A stretch of 32,000 bases of DNA from Moraxella nasicaprae (lineage in GTDB: Bacteria; Pseudomonadota; Gammaproteobacteria; Pseudomonadales; Moraxellaceae), in assembly GCF_025643275.1 (NCBI RefSeq), contig NZ_CP089977.1, positions 1,860,001 to 1,892,000 on the forward strand, written 5' to 3'. Position 1 is the first letter of the stretch. Each line of letters begins with the position of its first letter. The position numbers and the translations under genes were made by a program. Shown here piece after piece: positions 1-11,279 of this stretch. The notes beneath the pieces were generated by a model. The model ran no database searches. It had not been told where the DNA came from and saw only the letters and a program-made list of their open reading frames with translations.

Positions 1-318
1 AAGCATTGAATCCAAATCCTTAGATAAGATTATCGGCTCAGGATATACACTTTGTTAGCGTACACTCCAGTCGGCAAGTATTATAGCAAATTTATTTGAT
101 TTTTCAAGATGATATAGTCAATTCTATTCAAAACCAGACAAAGGTTTTGTGCTCAAAGTGAGCTTGCTTGCCCATAACAAAAACCCGCCCGCAGGCAAGC
201 TTGGGGCGAACGGTTTTGCTGTATGGTTTTTGATATGAATTAAGATAATTTCATGGGTGGTAATCAATATCATTGATGAAAAGGTTGGTACAATGTTGCC
301 AGATAAGAAGTGTGCCAC

Positions 319-1083
319 TTACTCGTTTAATTGAATTTCCCAAGCAACAGGAAAATATTTACCCGTAATGATAAATCTATCATCATTAAGATGTGCAATG
401 CCATTAAGTACATATTCTGGTTTTTGCAGATTAAGCGGTGAAACTAGCGTGGTAAAATCATAAGTTTTCACCACTTTTGCTGTAATGGGATTGATTTTAA
501 CAATGGTGTTACTTCCCCAGAGATTTGCATAAATATGACCATTGGCATATTCTAGCTCATTGATGTGCTTGATGGGTTTGTTATCTTGTTGAACTGATAT
601 TTCACCGATTTTTTCAAAATTTTGAGCATCTCTCATTTGCAATGTTGCCGTACCATCGGATAACCACATGATGTTTCTATCAAAATCGTATGCCAATCCC
701 CAACCTTCTGTTGTGATGTTGGTGATGTATTGGGGTTGTAGCTTGGGCAAGGTCCACAAGATAGCAATTTTTTCTCGCCAAGTCACTTGCCAGACCCCAT
801 GTGGTGTTATGGCAATCCCTTCTGCAAAAAGGTTGCTGGGCAGGGATTGGGCGTGATATGGCATGCCTGAGAGTAGGTCAAGATAGCCGATTTGCGATTG
901 TCCGTATAGACCCGATGAATATAGTAGTTTGCCTGTTTGGTGGTCAAACTGCAATCCTTGCATGAATAGAGGTTGGTGAATATAATGCGTTTTGATTAGA
1001 GTAAAGTCTGATGCGTGTGCAGAAAGGTTTAAAATAAAACTTAAAAGACCAAGGTAGATGAATGTGATGATTTTTGTTGTCAT
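319..1083 (-). CDS. glutaminyl-peptide cyclotransferase (plant/bacterial beta-propeller glutamine cyclase), secreted
   Basis: The ORF has family-typical blocks: LYSSGLYGQS, FAEGI, WQVTWRE, EGWGLAYD, LSDGT, NELEYANGHIYANLW. Start moved to the internal Met (MTTKIITFIYLGLLSF..., signal-peptide-like). The longer ORF extension runs through the rpmG terminator hairpin and into rpmG itself. Confidence 0.8.
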   Translation of the reverse strand: MTTKIITFIYLGLLSFILNLSAHASDFTLIKTHYIHQPLFMQGLQFDHQTGKLLYSSGLYGQSQIGYLDLLSGMPYHAQSLPSNLFAEGIAITPHGVWQVTWREKIAILWTLPKLQPQYITNITTEGWGLAYDFDRNIMWLSDGTATLQMRDAQNFEKIGEISVQQDNKPIKHINELEYANGHIYANLWGSNTIVKINPITAKVVKTYDFTTLVSPLNLQKPEYVLNGIAHLNDDRFIITGKYFPVAWEIQLNE

Positions 1084-1093
1084 AAGAGTTTCC

Positions 1094-1119
1094 GTAAAAA
1101 ACCCAGCAAATTTGCTGGG
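1094..1119 (-). terminator. rho-independent terminator of rpmB-rpmG
   Basis: Perfect palindrome cccagcaaatttgctggg (1102-1119). On the minus strand it is followed by a T-run (complement of aaaaaa at 1096-1101). It lies just downstream of the rpmG stop. Confidence 0.75.
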
Positions 1120-1130
1120 CTTTCCAAAAA

Positions 1131-1286
1131 TCATTTGATTTTTGCTTCTTTGAATAGTACATGTTGGCGTACTTTTGGATCAAATTTTTTGATTTCCATT
1201 TTGCCAGGCATGGTGCGTTTGTTCTTGGTGGTGGTGTAAAAATAACCAGTACCAGCAGTAGAAACTAGCTTGATTTTATCTCTCAT
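1131..1286 (-). CDS. rpmG: 50S ribosomal protein L33
   Basis: Absent from the ORF track (under 60 aa). Hand translation of the minus strand gives [51 protein letters not shown], a typical L33. It sits immediately downstream of rpmB, as in most bacteria. Confidence 0.9.
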   Translation of the reverse strand: MRDKIKLVSTAGTGYFYTTTKNKRTMPGKMEIKKFDPKVRQHVLFKEAKIK

Positions 1287-1336
1287 GATTGTGTCCTTTA
1301 ACTTAGAAGGTTTCTAATTCATCTAAAAATCTAAAA

Positions 1337-1573
1337 TTAGATTTTTTGACCTTGTGCACGCAAATCGGCAAGCACTTTGTCGATGCCGTGTTTGTCGATG
1401 ATACGCATACCCTTAGATGAAACACGAAGACGAACAAAACGGTTTTCTGACTCTACCCAAAAACGATGGTTGTGTAGATTTGGTAGAAAACGACGGCGTG
1501 TTTTGTTGTTAGCGTGTGAAACATTGTTGCCCACTTGTGGGCGTTTTCCAGTCACTTGACATACTCGAGACAT
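1337..1573 (-). CDS. rpmB: 50S ribosomal protein L28
   Basis: [33 protein letters not shown]... is the canonical L28 N-terminus. An AGGAG Shine-Dalgarno sequence lies upstream. Confidence 0.95.
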   Translation of the reverse strand: MSRVCQVTGKRPQVGNNVSHANNKTRRRFLPNLHNHRFWVESENRFVRLRVSSKGMRIIDKHGIDKVLADLRAQGQKI

Positions 1574-1758
1574 GGTGAACTCCTAATCTTGGTGGCACGG
1601 ATATTGAGCGGTATCAGGTGTGCCAGTCTTGGTAGGGTGCTATTAAATGCGGTATGGACACAGCACAAAGTACCAAAGACTTTTTGTGGTTAGGCCACTC
1701 TTTGCTTACCGTTAAAGGCGACGACAATCAAGAAGTAGCAGAAAAAATTAAAGCCCAT

Positions 1759-1787
1759 ATTATACGCACATTTTTTTATTTTGGCAA
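1759..1787 (-). promoter_or_regulatory. sigma70-type promoter for rpmB-rpmG
   Basis: The minus strand reads TTGCCA, a 17-nt spacer, then TATAAT (plus-strand TGGCAA 1782-1787 and ATTATA 1759-1764). This implies a leader of roughly 175-180 nt before the rpmB ATG. Confidence 0.5.
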
Positions 1788-1837
1788 GAAAAACCAAAGA
1801 AAAATTGGTGCTTGAAATATGGTTTAAGCAAAATCAA

Positions 1838-2185
1838 TCATGATTTTGGCGACAAAGCATTTTTTGGTAAGCCAAAACCGTGCCAGCCATAGTGCATAAA
1901 ATTGCGGATATTGGCATGGTCATCGCCATCAGGATTGTCTAAAACAGCACGATAATGCTCGGCAAACAAAGTTAGAGTGTCGATTTGATTTAAACCATGC
2001 AGTTTGGCAAGACTGAATACTTTGGCACTGCCTTCATTGGTGCCAGCAGGATTGGTCACTTCGCCATTGCTAAATTCAACAGGGGTGTAGTGATAATGTG
2101 TTTCAATAAAAGACAGTACATCGGCAAATTTTAGGCTGCCATTACTGACACCCGCTAGGATTTTTGAAATGTCTGTGGCTTGCAT
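1838..2185 (-). CDS. HopJ type III effector family protein (small conserved protein of unknown role)
   Basis: The block NPAGTNEGSAKVFSLAKLHGL...LFAEHYRAVLDNPDGDDHANIRNFMHYGWHGF matches the HopJ family signature as I recall it. Start placed at the ATG (MQATD) behind a GGAAGA Shine-Dalgarno sequence, not at the upstream TTG. Confidence 0.7.
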   Translation of the reverse strand: MQATDISKILAGVSNGSLKFADVLSFIETHYHYTPVEFSNGEVTNPAGTNEGSAKVFSLAKLHGLNQIDTLTLFAEHYRAVLDNPDGDDHANIRNFMHYGWHGFGLPKNALSPKS

Positions 2186-2211
2186 CAGGATATCTTCCAA
2201 AAGTCAAAAAA

Positions 2212-2460
2212 TTAACGGTTAAAATAATCGTCATCGTCAAATGATGGTGGGGCAAAGTTACCTTGTTCTAGATGGCTCATGTGCATTTGCATAGAGCGTT
2301 CGTGCTGAATGCGTTGATAGATTTCTTCACGATGAACGGCGATGTCTTTTGGGGCATTGACACCCAAACGAACTTGATTGCCTTTAACGCCAAGTACGGT
2401 AACGCTGACTTCATCACCAATCATCAAGGTTTCGCCAACACGGCGGGTTAGAATTAGCAT
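2212..2460 (-). CDS. csrA: carbon storage regulator CsrA with extended C-terminal tail
   Basis: [52 protein letters not shown] is canonical CsrA. Start set at MLILTRR with an AGGAG Shine-Dalgarno sequence. The 29-aa upstream ORF extension is discarded. Confidence 0.9.
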   Translation of the reverse strand: MLILTRRVGETLMIGDEVSVTVLGVKGNQVRLGVNAPKDIAVHREEIYQRIQHERSMQMHMSHLEQGNFAPPSFDDDDYFNR

Positions 2461-2544
2461 AAGATTAGCTCCTGTGTGAGAAATATGACCGATTTTGTTC
2501 TTGTACCATGATGTTCCAGTCATTTTATCGGTCTTAATATAAGG

Positions 2545-2592
2545 CAAATAAAAATCTGCCTAATGCAATATTATAAAACGCATTAGGCAGAT
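2545..2592 (-). terminator. rho-independent terminator after lysC
   Basis: 13-bp perfect stem: atctgcctaatgc (2554-2566) pairs with gcattaggcagat (2580-2592). The loop is 13 nt and a T-run follows on the minus strand. Confidence 0.8.
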
Positions 2593-2660
2593 TGTCAGTA
2601 ACTTTACAATGATTTTGTGTATTTTTTATGCAACAAAATCCAACAAAAAGTTAGCTAAGA

Positions 2661-3947
2661 TTACAGACCAGCTACTTTGCTTTCGCCATCTTCACGGTCA
2701 AGACCAAATGCGGTGTGCAAAGATTTGACAGCTTTTTCTAGATGCTGCTCTTGAATAAGAACAGAAACCTTGATTTCTGAGGTTGAAATCATTTGTAGGT
2801 TGATGTTCTCTGAGGCTAGGGTTTCAAACATTTTGCTGGCAACACCTGCATGAGAACGCATGCCTACACCAACGATAGAAACTTTGACGACTTTATCATC
2901 GCCAACGATTTGGGTAGCACCGATGTCGTCTTTTACTTTTTCTTCTAAGATTTTGATGGCTTTATCAAAATCGCCACGAGGTACAGTAAAACTAAAATCG
3001 GTCACGCCATTTTCAGCGATATTTTGGATAATCATATCGACTTCAATGTTGGCAGCACCAATAGGGCTTAAAATGGCAGAAGCAATGCCTGGACGGTCAG
3101 GCACGCCAAGTAGTGCAATTTTGGCTTCATCACGGTTAAAGGCAATGCCTGAAATAACAGCGCGTTCCATATCATCTCCTTCATCAACGGTAATCAAAGT
3201 ACCGACATTTTGTTTAAATTCTTCATCAAAAGCACCATCGGTGCCTTCATCAAAACTAGACAGTACACGAAGCGGTACTTTGTATTTGCCTGCAAATTCA
3301 ACCGAGCGGATTTGAAGAACTTTTGAGCCTAATGATGCCATTTCTAGCATTTCTTCAAAGGTGATTTTGCCCAGTTTTTTGGCTTTTGAGGTAACTCGTG
3401 GGTCGGTGGTGTAAACGCCATCAACATCGGTGTAGATTTGACATTCGTCAGCACCAATGGCGGCAGCGATGGCAACCCCTGTGGTGTCTGAACCGCCACG
3501 ACCTAGTGTAGTTAGGTCATTGTTTTTATTGACACCCTGAAAACCTGCCACGATGATGACTTTGCCTTCTGCCAACTCTTTTTTAATGTTGTCAGCGTCG
3601 ATATGCTCAATGCGTGCCTTGGTGTGGGTTTCATCGGTCTTGATGGCAACTTGACGACCTGTCATTGATTTGGCGTCCACACCCAAATCTTTGAGTGTCA
3701 TTGCAAGTAGGGCGATGGAGACCTGCTCGCCTGTGGCAACCATCTGGTCGTATTCTCGTGGGTCAGGGTCGTTTGAGATTTCTCTTGCCAAGCCAATGAG
3801 TCGGTTGGTTTCACCGCTCATTGCCGATACCACGACCACTACTTGATGACCGTGATCATGCCAACGCTTGACACGCGCTGCGACATTTTTGATGCGGCTG
3901 GTGTTACCCATTGAAGTGCCGCCATATTTTTGTACGATTAGTGCCAT
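2661..3947 (-). CDS. lysC: aspartate kinase
   Basis: MALIVQKYGGTSMG, VVVVSAMSGETNRL, LGRGGSDTT, and a C-terminal pair of ACT-like regions. Confidence 0.95.
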   Translation of the reverse strand: MALIVQKYGGTSMGNTSRIKNVAARVKRWHDHGHQVVVVVSAMSGETNRLIGLAREISNDPDPREYDQMVATGEQVSIALLAMTLKDLGVDAKSMTGRQVAIKTDETHTKARIEHIDADNIKKELAEGKVIIVAGFQGVNKNNDLTTLGRGGSDTTGVAIAAAIGADECQIYTDVDGVYTTDPRVTSKAKKLGKITFEEMLEMASLGSKVLQIRSVEFAGKYKVPLRVLSSFDEGTDGAFDEEFKQNVGTLITVDEGDDMERAVISGIAFNRDEAKIALLGVPDRPGIASAILSPIGAANIEVDMIIQNIAENGVTDFSFTVPRGDFDKAIKILEEKVKDDIGATQIVGDDKVVKVSIVGVGMRSHAGVASKMFETLASENINLQMISTSEIKVSVLIQEQHLEKAVKSLHTAFGLDREDGESKVAGL

Positions 3948-4059
3948 GATATTTGCCTTATTTCACGCCCGATTATCCTAGGGCTTACCATGATTACACC
4001 GATTTGGTGCGTCTAAAATAAGTTTAACCAACACCAGACCTTATCTGGTGTTTTGATGA

Positions 4060-6708
4060 TTATGCTAAGCTGCTTAGGATTTGTTGTTCCAAGGCAGCTA
4101 AAATACTGTCGAGTTTGTCAGAATTGGCAGCACCCCCTTGGGCAAAGTCGGGTTTGCCACCACCTTTACCGCCCAATTCGCCAGCCAAATGACGAATGAT
4201 GTCGCCTGCCTTAACCTTATCCTGAGCAGACTTGGCAACACTGGCTGCCATTGCAAGGTCGGTTGTTTGACCAATAATGACAATAATGCCATTATTTAGG
4301 CGAGATTTTAGGGTATCCACAAGTCCACGAATGCTCTTGCCATCAATACCTGCCACTTTGGCAATCAGTACCTGATGCTCGCCTACTTGTTTGGCTTGCC
4401 CGATGAGTTCGCCAGCTTGCACGCTTGCTAATTTTTGTTGCAGTTGTTCTAGCTGTTTTTCAAGCTCTCGTTGTTTGTCGCTAAGTGCATTGATGCGTGG
4501 CAAAATCTCATTTCGTTTGGCTTTTAGGTTGCCAGCCAAAGTGCTAAGCGTGTGTTCGCCAGCTTGGATATAACGCAATGCTCCAAGACCTGTCAAGGCT
4601 TCGATGCGTCGAACACCCGCAGCAATGCCGCTTTCAGAGACAATTTTAAACATGCCAATATCGCCCGTTTGCATCACATGGATACCACCACACAGCTCGA
4701 TGGAGAAGGCGGATTTATCGGCATTTTCGCCCATTGTCAAAACACGCACGGTTTCGCCATATTTTTCGCCAAACAATGCCATCGCACCTTTTTTCAAGGC
4801 GGCATCAATCTCCATGTATTCTACGCTGACTGGCGTATTTTTTTGGATTTGTTCATTGACGATTCTTTCAATGGTATTAAGGTCGTCAGTACTGATGGGG
4901 CTTTCGTGAGAGAAGTCAAAACGAAGCACTTCGCTAGATACCAAAGAACCTTTTTGAGCAACGCCAGTGCCTAGCACTTCACGCAAAGCAGCGTGTAATA
5001 AGTGGGTGGCAGAGTGGTTTTTTGATGAAGCTTTACGAATATCATCAAGCACTTGGGCGTGAGCAGGTTGAGCATCATCAATCTGACCCATTTTGACTGT
5101 GCCATAGTGAATGATGGCTTGTCCTGATTTTTTGGTGTCTTCAACAGCAAATACACCGCTTGGTGTGCTGATTTCGCCAAGTTCACCAACTTGACCACCG
5201 CCTTCGGCATAAAATGGCGTGGCAGACAGGACGATAACTCCTTGCTCGCCTTCTTGTAGGCTGCTCACCGCTTTGCCATCTTGATACAAACCTGTGATGG
5301 TAGTATCGGCAGTCAAGGTTTCATAGCCTAAGAATTTGGTCGCTACATCGGTTTTGATGGCAGCGGTGTAATCGACATCAAATTTGCCAGCATCACGAGC
5401 TCTTTCTCGCTGTGCTTGCATGTGCAGTTCAAAACCTGCTTCATCAAGTTCGATGTTTCGTTCACGAGCGATGTCAGCGGTCAAATCAACAGGGAAGCCA
5501 TAAGTGTCGTATAGTCTGAAGACTGTTTCACCATCAAGCGTATCGCCATCATTGAGTTTGTCCAGCTCGCCTGACAATAGACGCAGACCTTGTGCCAAAG
5601 TTTTGGCAAATTGCTCTTCTTCTTTTTGGATAACCGCTTGGATATGTGCCTGTTTTTCAACAAGCTCTGGATAGGCTTTACCCATTTGCTCAACCAGTGC
5701 AGGCACAACCTGATAAAAGAAGCTGCCTGTTGCTCCAAGTTTGTTGCCATGACGCACTGCACGACGAATGATGCGACGCAGGACATAGCCACGACCTTCA
5801 TTGCTTGGGCGTACACCATCAGCAATCAGGAATGACACAGCACGGATATGGTCGGCAATGACTTTAAGTGAGGCTTGTTCTTCGTTGTTGATGCCCAAGA
5901 TGTTGGCGGCGGTATTCATGAGATTGACAAACAAATCAACTTCATAGTTGCCGTATTTGCCCTGCATGACAGAACTGATGCGTTCTAGTCCCATACCTGT
6001 ATCAACAGATGGTTTTGGTAGAGGTTCTAGTGTACCATCTTTTTGACGGTTAAACTGCATGAATACGCAGTTCCAAACTTCCACATAGCGGTCGCCATCT
6101 TCTTCTGGTGTACCAGGCAGACCGCCTTCGATGTGGTCGCCATAGTCATAAAAAATCTCTGAGCAAGGACCGCAAGGACCTGTGTCGCCCATCGCCCAGA
6201 AGTTATCCGATTCGTACTGCTTGCCTTTGTCGCCAATACGAATGATGCGTTCAGGAGCCAGCCCAACTTCTTGATGCCAGATGTCAAAGGCTTCATCATC
6301 GGTGTGATAGACGGTGACATAAAGGCGGTCTTTGGGTAGTGCCAGCCATTTTTCGTCCGTCAAAAACTCCCAAGCAAACTTGATGGCGTCTTTTTTGAAA
6401 TAATCGCCAAAGCTAAAATTGCCCAGCATTTCAAAGAAAGTATGATGGCGAGCGGTATAGCCGACATTATCAAGGTCGTTATGTTTGCCACCAGCACGCA
6501 CGCATTTTTGGGAGGTGACAGCTCGGTTGTAGTCTCTTTTTTCAAGACCTAAAAAGGTGTCTTTAAATTGGTTCATGCCTGCATTGGTGAATAGCAGGGT
6601 GGGGTCATTGTGAGGGATTAGGCTTGATGAGGCGACGGGGGTGTGATTTTTGCTGGCAAAAAAATCAATAAAAGCCTGACGCACTTCGTTTAGTTGCATG
6701 GTTTTCAT
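4060..6708 (-). CDS. alaS: alanine--tRNA ligase
   Basis: 882 aa. The N-terminus [42 protein letters not shown] is near identical in pattern to E. coli AlaS. An AAGGA Shine-Dalgarno sequence precedes the ATG at 6708. Confidence 0.97.
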   Translation of the reverse strand: MKTMQLNEVRQAFIDFFASKNHTPVASSSLIPHNDPTLLFTNAGMNQFKDTFLGLEKRDYNRAVTSQKCVRAGGKHNDLDNVGYTARHHTFFEMLGNFSFGDYFKKDAIKFAWEFLTDEKWLALPKDRLYVTVYHTDDEAFDIWHQEVGLAPERIIRIGDKGKQYESDNFWAMGDTGPCGPCSEIFYDYGDHIEGGLPGTPEEDGDRYVEVWNCVFMQFNRQKDGTLEPLPKPSVDTGMGLERISSVMQGKYGNYEVDLFVNLMNTAANILGINNEEQASLKVIADHIRAVSFLIADGVRPSNEGRGYVLRRIIRRAVRHGNKLGATGSFFYQVVPALVEQMGKAYPELVEKQAHIQAVIQKEEEQFAKTLAQGLRLLSGELDKLNDGDTLDGETVFRLYDTYGFPVDLTADIARERNIELDEAGFELHMQAQRERARDAGKFDVDYTAAIKTDVATKFLGYETLTADTTITGLYQDGKAVSSLQEGEQGVIVLSATPFYAEGGGQVGELGEISTPSGVFAVEDTKKSGQAIIHYGTVKMGQIDDAQPAHAQVLDDIRKASSKNHSATHLLHAALREVLGTGVAQKGSLVSSEVLRFDFSHESPISTDDLNTIERIVNEQIQKNTPVSVEYMEIDAALKKGAMALFGEKYGETVRVLTMGENADKSAFSIELCGGIHVMQTGDIGMFKIVSESGIAAGVRRIEALTGLGALRYIQAGEHTLSTLAGNLKAKRNEILPRINALSDKQRELEKQLEQLQQKLASVQAGELIGQAKQVGEHQVLIAKVAGIDGKSIRGLVDTLKSRLNNGIIVIIGQTTDLAMAASVAKSAQDKVKAGDIIRHLAGELGGKGGGKPDFAQGGAANSDKLDSILAALEQQILSSLA

Positions 6709-7059
6709 AAAAAATCCTTAGCTGTCAGTTGTCATTGCTGACAGGGTGTTATTTTGGGTTTGATAAATTTGGGTGTTGGCTTGATTGGTGTGTCAATCGG
6801 TTGATTTTCCCACAATGAATGCTGATGAATGTTGGGTCAAGCCATCACAAAATGATTGTACATATATACAAACCAGTCATTTTAGCATAAAACAACCATC
6901 TTGACAGCTATTTTGGCGAAAATCATACAGCTTTTTTATGAATTTTACCAGAAAATTAAAAACCATAAAAAAATTACGGATTTTTTGCAAAAAACACTTA
7001 ACATTTTCCCAAAAAAGTTGTATAACTATATTGATTTCCTTATTCTCTTTGGGGGTTTT

Positions 7060-7254
7060 ATGAATTTTCCATTATTAAGCATTGTGTTTACCATTGCTTT
7101 TACCGTGATTATTGGTGTTTTGTTCGTGATTGCGGTTGTGACAGGATTTGATAAAGGTTCATACATCATTGGTGTGATTATTGCTGGTGCACTTATCAGC
7201 TTACCTGTATCAGTGGCAGTAACCAAACGAATCGCCAGCCTAAAAGGTGAATAG
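7060..7254 (+). CDS. small hypothetical membrane protein (two hydrophobic segments)
   Basis: MNFPLLSIVFTIAFTVIIGVLFVIAVVTGFDKGSYIIGVIIAGALISLPVSVAVTKRIASLKGE. Start trimmed to the ATG after GGGGG. The upstream part of the ORF is AT-rich promoter-like sequence. No family recognised. Confidence 0.45.
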   Translation: MNFPLLSIVFTIAFTVIIGVLFVIAVVTGFDKGSYIIGVIIAGALISLPVSVAVTKRIASLKGE

Positions 7255-7333
7255 CTGATGATTTGACGGCACAAATTTTGATGGTATAAATTTGTGCAGC
7301 TCGTTGCACGGCTTATCCAGCCGCATAACAAAC

Positions 7334-7369
7334 AAAAAAGCGATAACCGATGGCGTTATCGCTTTTTTT
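7334..7369. terminator. bidirectional rho-independent terminator (small membrane ORF / purB)
   Basis: An A-run, then the stem gcgataac / gttatcgc, then a T-run. It lies between convergent genes. Confidence 0.8.
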
Positions 7370-7386
7370 GTGATTAACCAGCAAAA

Positions 7387-8802
<1,416 letters not shown>

Positions 8803-8872
8803 TTATTATAGCAGATTTTTGAGGGTATTTGGGAAAAATGCCAAAATGATGAAATTTTATACAAAAATATGG

Positions 8873-9343
8873 CTAAATAGGCAGTAAATGACTGCGTTTG
8901 ATGGTCTGGACAGGGACTTCGGTTTTAATGTTTAAAACATTTTTGATGTGCGTTAGGTGTCTGACTTGAAACTGACGATAGGATTCTAGGTCTTTGACCA
9001 CCACTTTTAAGACAAAATCACAATCCCCCACCATCAAATAACATTCCTGCACTTCATCAACAAAACGAATGCTGTCCGCAAAGTGATTGACCGCATCTTC
9101 TGTTTGGGTTTTTAGCCACACTCGCACAAATAAGGTCAATCCGCAGTCTAATTTTTCGGCATTGAGCTTGGCGGTGTAGCCTGAAATAAACCCCTGTTCT
9201 TCAAGAATCTTGACACGGCGCAAGCAGGGCGATGGCGATAAACCCACCAGTTCGGCAAGCTGCGTGTTGCTTAGACTGCTGTCTTTTTGCAAGATATTTA
9301 AGATGCGTTTGTCGATTTGGTCGAGTTCCAAAATGCCACTCAT
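8873..9343 (-). CDS. Lrp/AsnC family transcriptional regulator
   Basis: LDQIDKRILNILQKDSSLSNTQLAELVGLSPSPCLRRVKILEEQGFI is the AsnC-type HTH, followed by a RAM domain. It is divergent from azlCD. Confidence 0.9.
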   Translation of the reverse strand: MSGILELDQIDKRILNILQKDSSLSNTQLAELVGLSPSPCLRRVKILEEQGFISGYTAKLNAEKLDCGLTLFVRVWLKTQTEDAVNHFADSIRFVDEVQECYLMVGDCDFVLKVVVKDLESYRQFQVRHLTHIKNVLNIKTEVPVQTIKRSHLLPI

Positions 9344-9500
9344 TACTATATCCTTGAAATTTTATGCCAATAAAAATCATAATGATAAAATATTCTACCA
9401 AAATACGCCATAAAAATCTGCAAAAACGCAATCCAATAGCGTATTATTTGACATACAATGATGACCATCAATCATAGCAAACAAAGTCATTATTATAAAT

Positions 9501-10229
9501 ATGCAAACCACCATCTATACCCCAAATATTGACGCTATCCCAAGCAGCGAAAAAGCTGAATTTTATCGTGGGGCAAAAGACGCCATTCCTGTGATGTTGG
9601 GTTTTATTCCTTTTGCCATGGTGCTGGGTGCATCTGCGGTAGGGGCGGGGTTTAAATGGTATGAACTTGGGCTTTTGACCACCACCAACTTGGCAGGTGG
9701 TTCGGAATTTACTGTCGTCAGCCTTTGGAATAATCCGCTTAATATCGGACTGATTGTTGTGATGGCGACTTTGGTTAATAGTCGCCACATCATCATGGGG
9801 GCAAATTTTTCGCTATTATTAAAGGATATGCCACGCAAAAAAGCATTGGCTTTGCTGTTTGTGATGATTGATGAAAGCTGGGCGATGGCGGTGGCTGATG
9901 CCAAACAATACAATCGCACTCGCCTGAATGTGCCTTATTATTTGGGCGTGGCAGGCGTGCTGTGCTTGACTTGGGCGGTATTCACCACACTAGGTGCGTA
10001 TTTTGCTCCGATGATTGGCGACTTAAAACAGTACGGCATGGACATGGCATTTACTGCTGTATTTTTGGTGCTGCTCAAAGGTATGTGGCAAGGTCTAAAA
10101 CCTGCCGTGCCTTGGTTGGTTAGTCTTGCGGTGGCAGGCGTGCTATATCACACGATTGACGGTGCGTGGTATGTGGCAGGTGGTGCATTGGCAGGCGTGC
10201 TATGTGCATTTTTGATGGAGTGTGAATGA
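9501..10229 (+). CDS. AzlC family branched-chain amino acid exporter subunit
   Basis: Polytopic membrane protein. An AzlC-like N-terminus (FYRGAKDAIPVMLGFIPFAMVLG). It overlaps the downstream AzlD-like gene by 4 nt (ATGA). Confidence 0.8.
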   Translation: MQTTIYTPNIDAIPSSEKAEFYRGAKDAIPVMLGFIPFAMVLGASAVGAGFKWYELGLLTTTNLAGGSEFTVVSLWNNPLNIGLIVVMATLVNSRHIIMGANFSLLLKDMPRKKALALLFVMIDESWAMAVADAKQYNRTRLNVPYYLGVAGVLCLTWAVFTTLGAYFAPMIGDLKQYGMDMAFTAVFLVLLKGMWQGLKPAVPWLVSLAVAGVLYHTIDGAWYVAGGALAGVLCAFLMECE

Positions 10230-10525
10230 TGGAATGGCAAGTGCTTTTAACCATTGTAGCATTGGCACTTAGTACCTACATGACCCGTATTGTTGGCTAT
10301 TTGGCATTCAGCAATCGTACGCTTAGCCCTAGGGCAACTCGTGTGATGCAGGCGGTGCCAGGCTGTGTGTTGATTGCCGTGATTGCTCCCGTGATTGTTT
10401 CTGGTAGCATTGCCAATATGGTGGCGGTGGCAGTTACCTGCCTTGCCATGTTGCGTTTTTCGTTATTGCCAACGGTGTTGATTGCCATTATTGTTACGGG
10501 TGTATTGCGACACTTGGGTTTTTGA
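10226..10525 (+). CDS. AzlD family protein
   Basis: 99-aa hydrophobic protein, translationally coupled to the azlC-like gene. Confidence 0.75.
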   Translation: MMEWQVLLTIVALALSTYMTRIVGYLAFSNRTLSPRATRVMQAVPGCVLIAVIAPVIVSGSIANMVAVAVTCLAMLRFSLLPTVLIAIIVTGVLRHLGF

Positions 10526-10684
10526 GCATGACAGCATTGATAGCATTGTTTCATTACCAATGAAGTAATATTTGTAATATTTATTTACATTTTCTCAACT
10601 GAAAATCATTATCTCATCTCACTATAATAAACTCATTCAAGGCGTGATGCCTTGATGGTTTCACTTAATCATGAGGATAATACA

Positions 10685-11083
10685 ATGAAAAAATTAGCCA
10701 CCATCACAATGATTGCTTTGACTGGACTATCTACCGCTGCATTCGCCGCAGGTGCTCAATCGGACGCCCGTACCGCTCACAAAAATGCCGTCAAAACCCG
10801 CACCGTGACTTATGCTTGTCAAGACCATCAAAAAGTAGCGGTTAAGTATGGCTTTAATAAACGCAACCAGCCAACTTATGCAGAAGCCAATCTAGATGGT
10901 AAGAGACGCTTTATGCCAATCAACTACAACAATAGCGATGCGACTGCTACTGAGTTTGGCGATGAGAATAATTATAGCGTGTTGTCTGATAAGATTACTT
11001 ATAAGACCGCTCGCAAAGGCTCAATCCAAATCCAATCGCCTGACAGCACTATCTTATACAAAAACTGTAAAGCAGTTAAATAA
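10685..11083 (+). CDS. secreted hypothetical protein, possibly MliC-like lysozyme-inhibitor fold
   Basis: Start set at MKKLATITMIALTGLSTAAFA (signal peptide) behind a GAGGA Shine-Dalgarno sequence. The mature part has a Cys near each end (VTYACQD ... YKNCK) and beta-rich spacing reminiscent of MliC. The family call is tentative. Confidence 0.6.
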   Translation: MKKLATITMIALTGLSTAAFAAGAQSDARTAHKNAVKTRTVTYACQDHQKVAVKYGFNKRNQPTYAEANLDGKRRFMPINYNNSDATATEFGDENNYSVLSDKITYKTARKGSIQIQSPDSTILYKNCKAVK

Positions 11084-11237
11084 TTTGGTCTATTGGTGTT
11101 ATAACCTTCTGTAAAACTAGTTTTTCGCTCATCCTAGGCTTGTCTATGGGGGAGCGAAAAACCGTCATGGTTTAACTTAGTTTGCCATGAATGCTTTTCT
11201 TTAATTTAGGGTTTTGCAGGAAATCTGATAAACCAAT

Positions 11238-11274
11238 AAAAACAGCTTAGGTTGATTGCCTAAGCTGTTTTTTT
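11238..11274. terminator. bidirectional terminator adjacent to the SulP stop codon
   Basis: 14-bp stem: aaaaacagcttagg pairs with cctaagctgttttt. The loop is 7 nt, with A/T runs on both sides. Confidence 0.85.
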
Positions 11275-11279
11275 ACGCA

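Noticed and set aside
124-318. A 64-aa minus-strand ORF downstream of the cyclotransferase gene, and a weak CGCCC/GGGCG hairpin near 186-208.
   Set aside because: The ORF has no Shine-Dalgarno sequence or recognisable family and looks like intergenic read-through. The hairpin has only a 5-bp stem, so I did not call a terminator.
2461-2547. A 29-aa N-terminal extension of the csrA ORF ([15 protein letters not shown]...).
   Set aside because: Canonical CsrA starts at MLILTRR, which has its own AGGAG Shine-Dalgarno sequence. The extension is not a feature of the family.
4031-4051. Hairpin acaccag-N7-ctggtgt just downstream of the alaS stop.
   Set aside because: On the alaS (minus) strand it lacks a T-run, and the T-run is on the wrong strand. 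It is too weak to call as a terminator.
4098-6545. Numerous 60-140 aa ORFs on both strands inside alaS. The same is seen inside lysC, mnmA, the SulP gene and the aminotransferase gene.
   Set aside because: All are nested within long, confidently identified genes and have no independent support.
6901-7059. Upstream half of the 117-aa ORF 6901-7254.
   Set aside because: It starts with TTG and is very AT-rich and Lys/Phe/Ile-rich, like promoter DNA. The hydrophobic protein begins at an internal ATG behind a G-run.
9468-9919. Minus-strand ORFs of 106 and 118 aa overlapping the azlC 5' region.
   Set aside because: They overlap a well-supported membrane-protein gene and have shadow-frame composition.
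11121-11161. A 10-bp-stem hairpin (tttttcgctc ... gagcgaaaaa, 21-nt loop) after the secreted-protein gene.
   Set aside because: No T-run follows it on either strand, so it is not a clear intrinsic terminator. It may be a degenerate repeat element, which I could not establish from a single copy.
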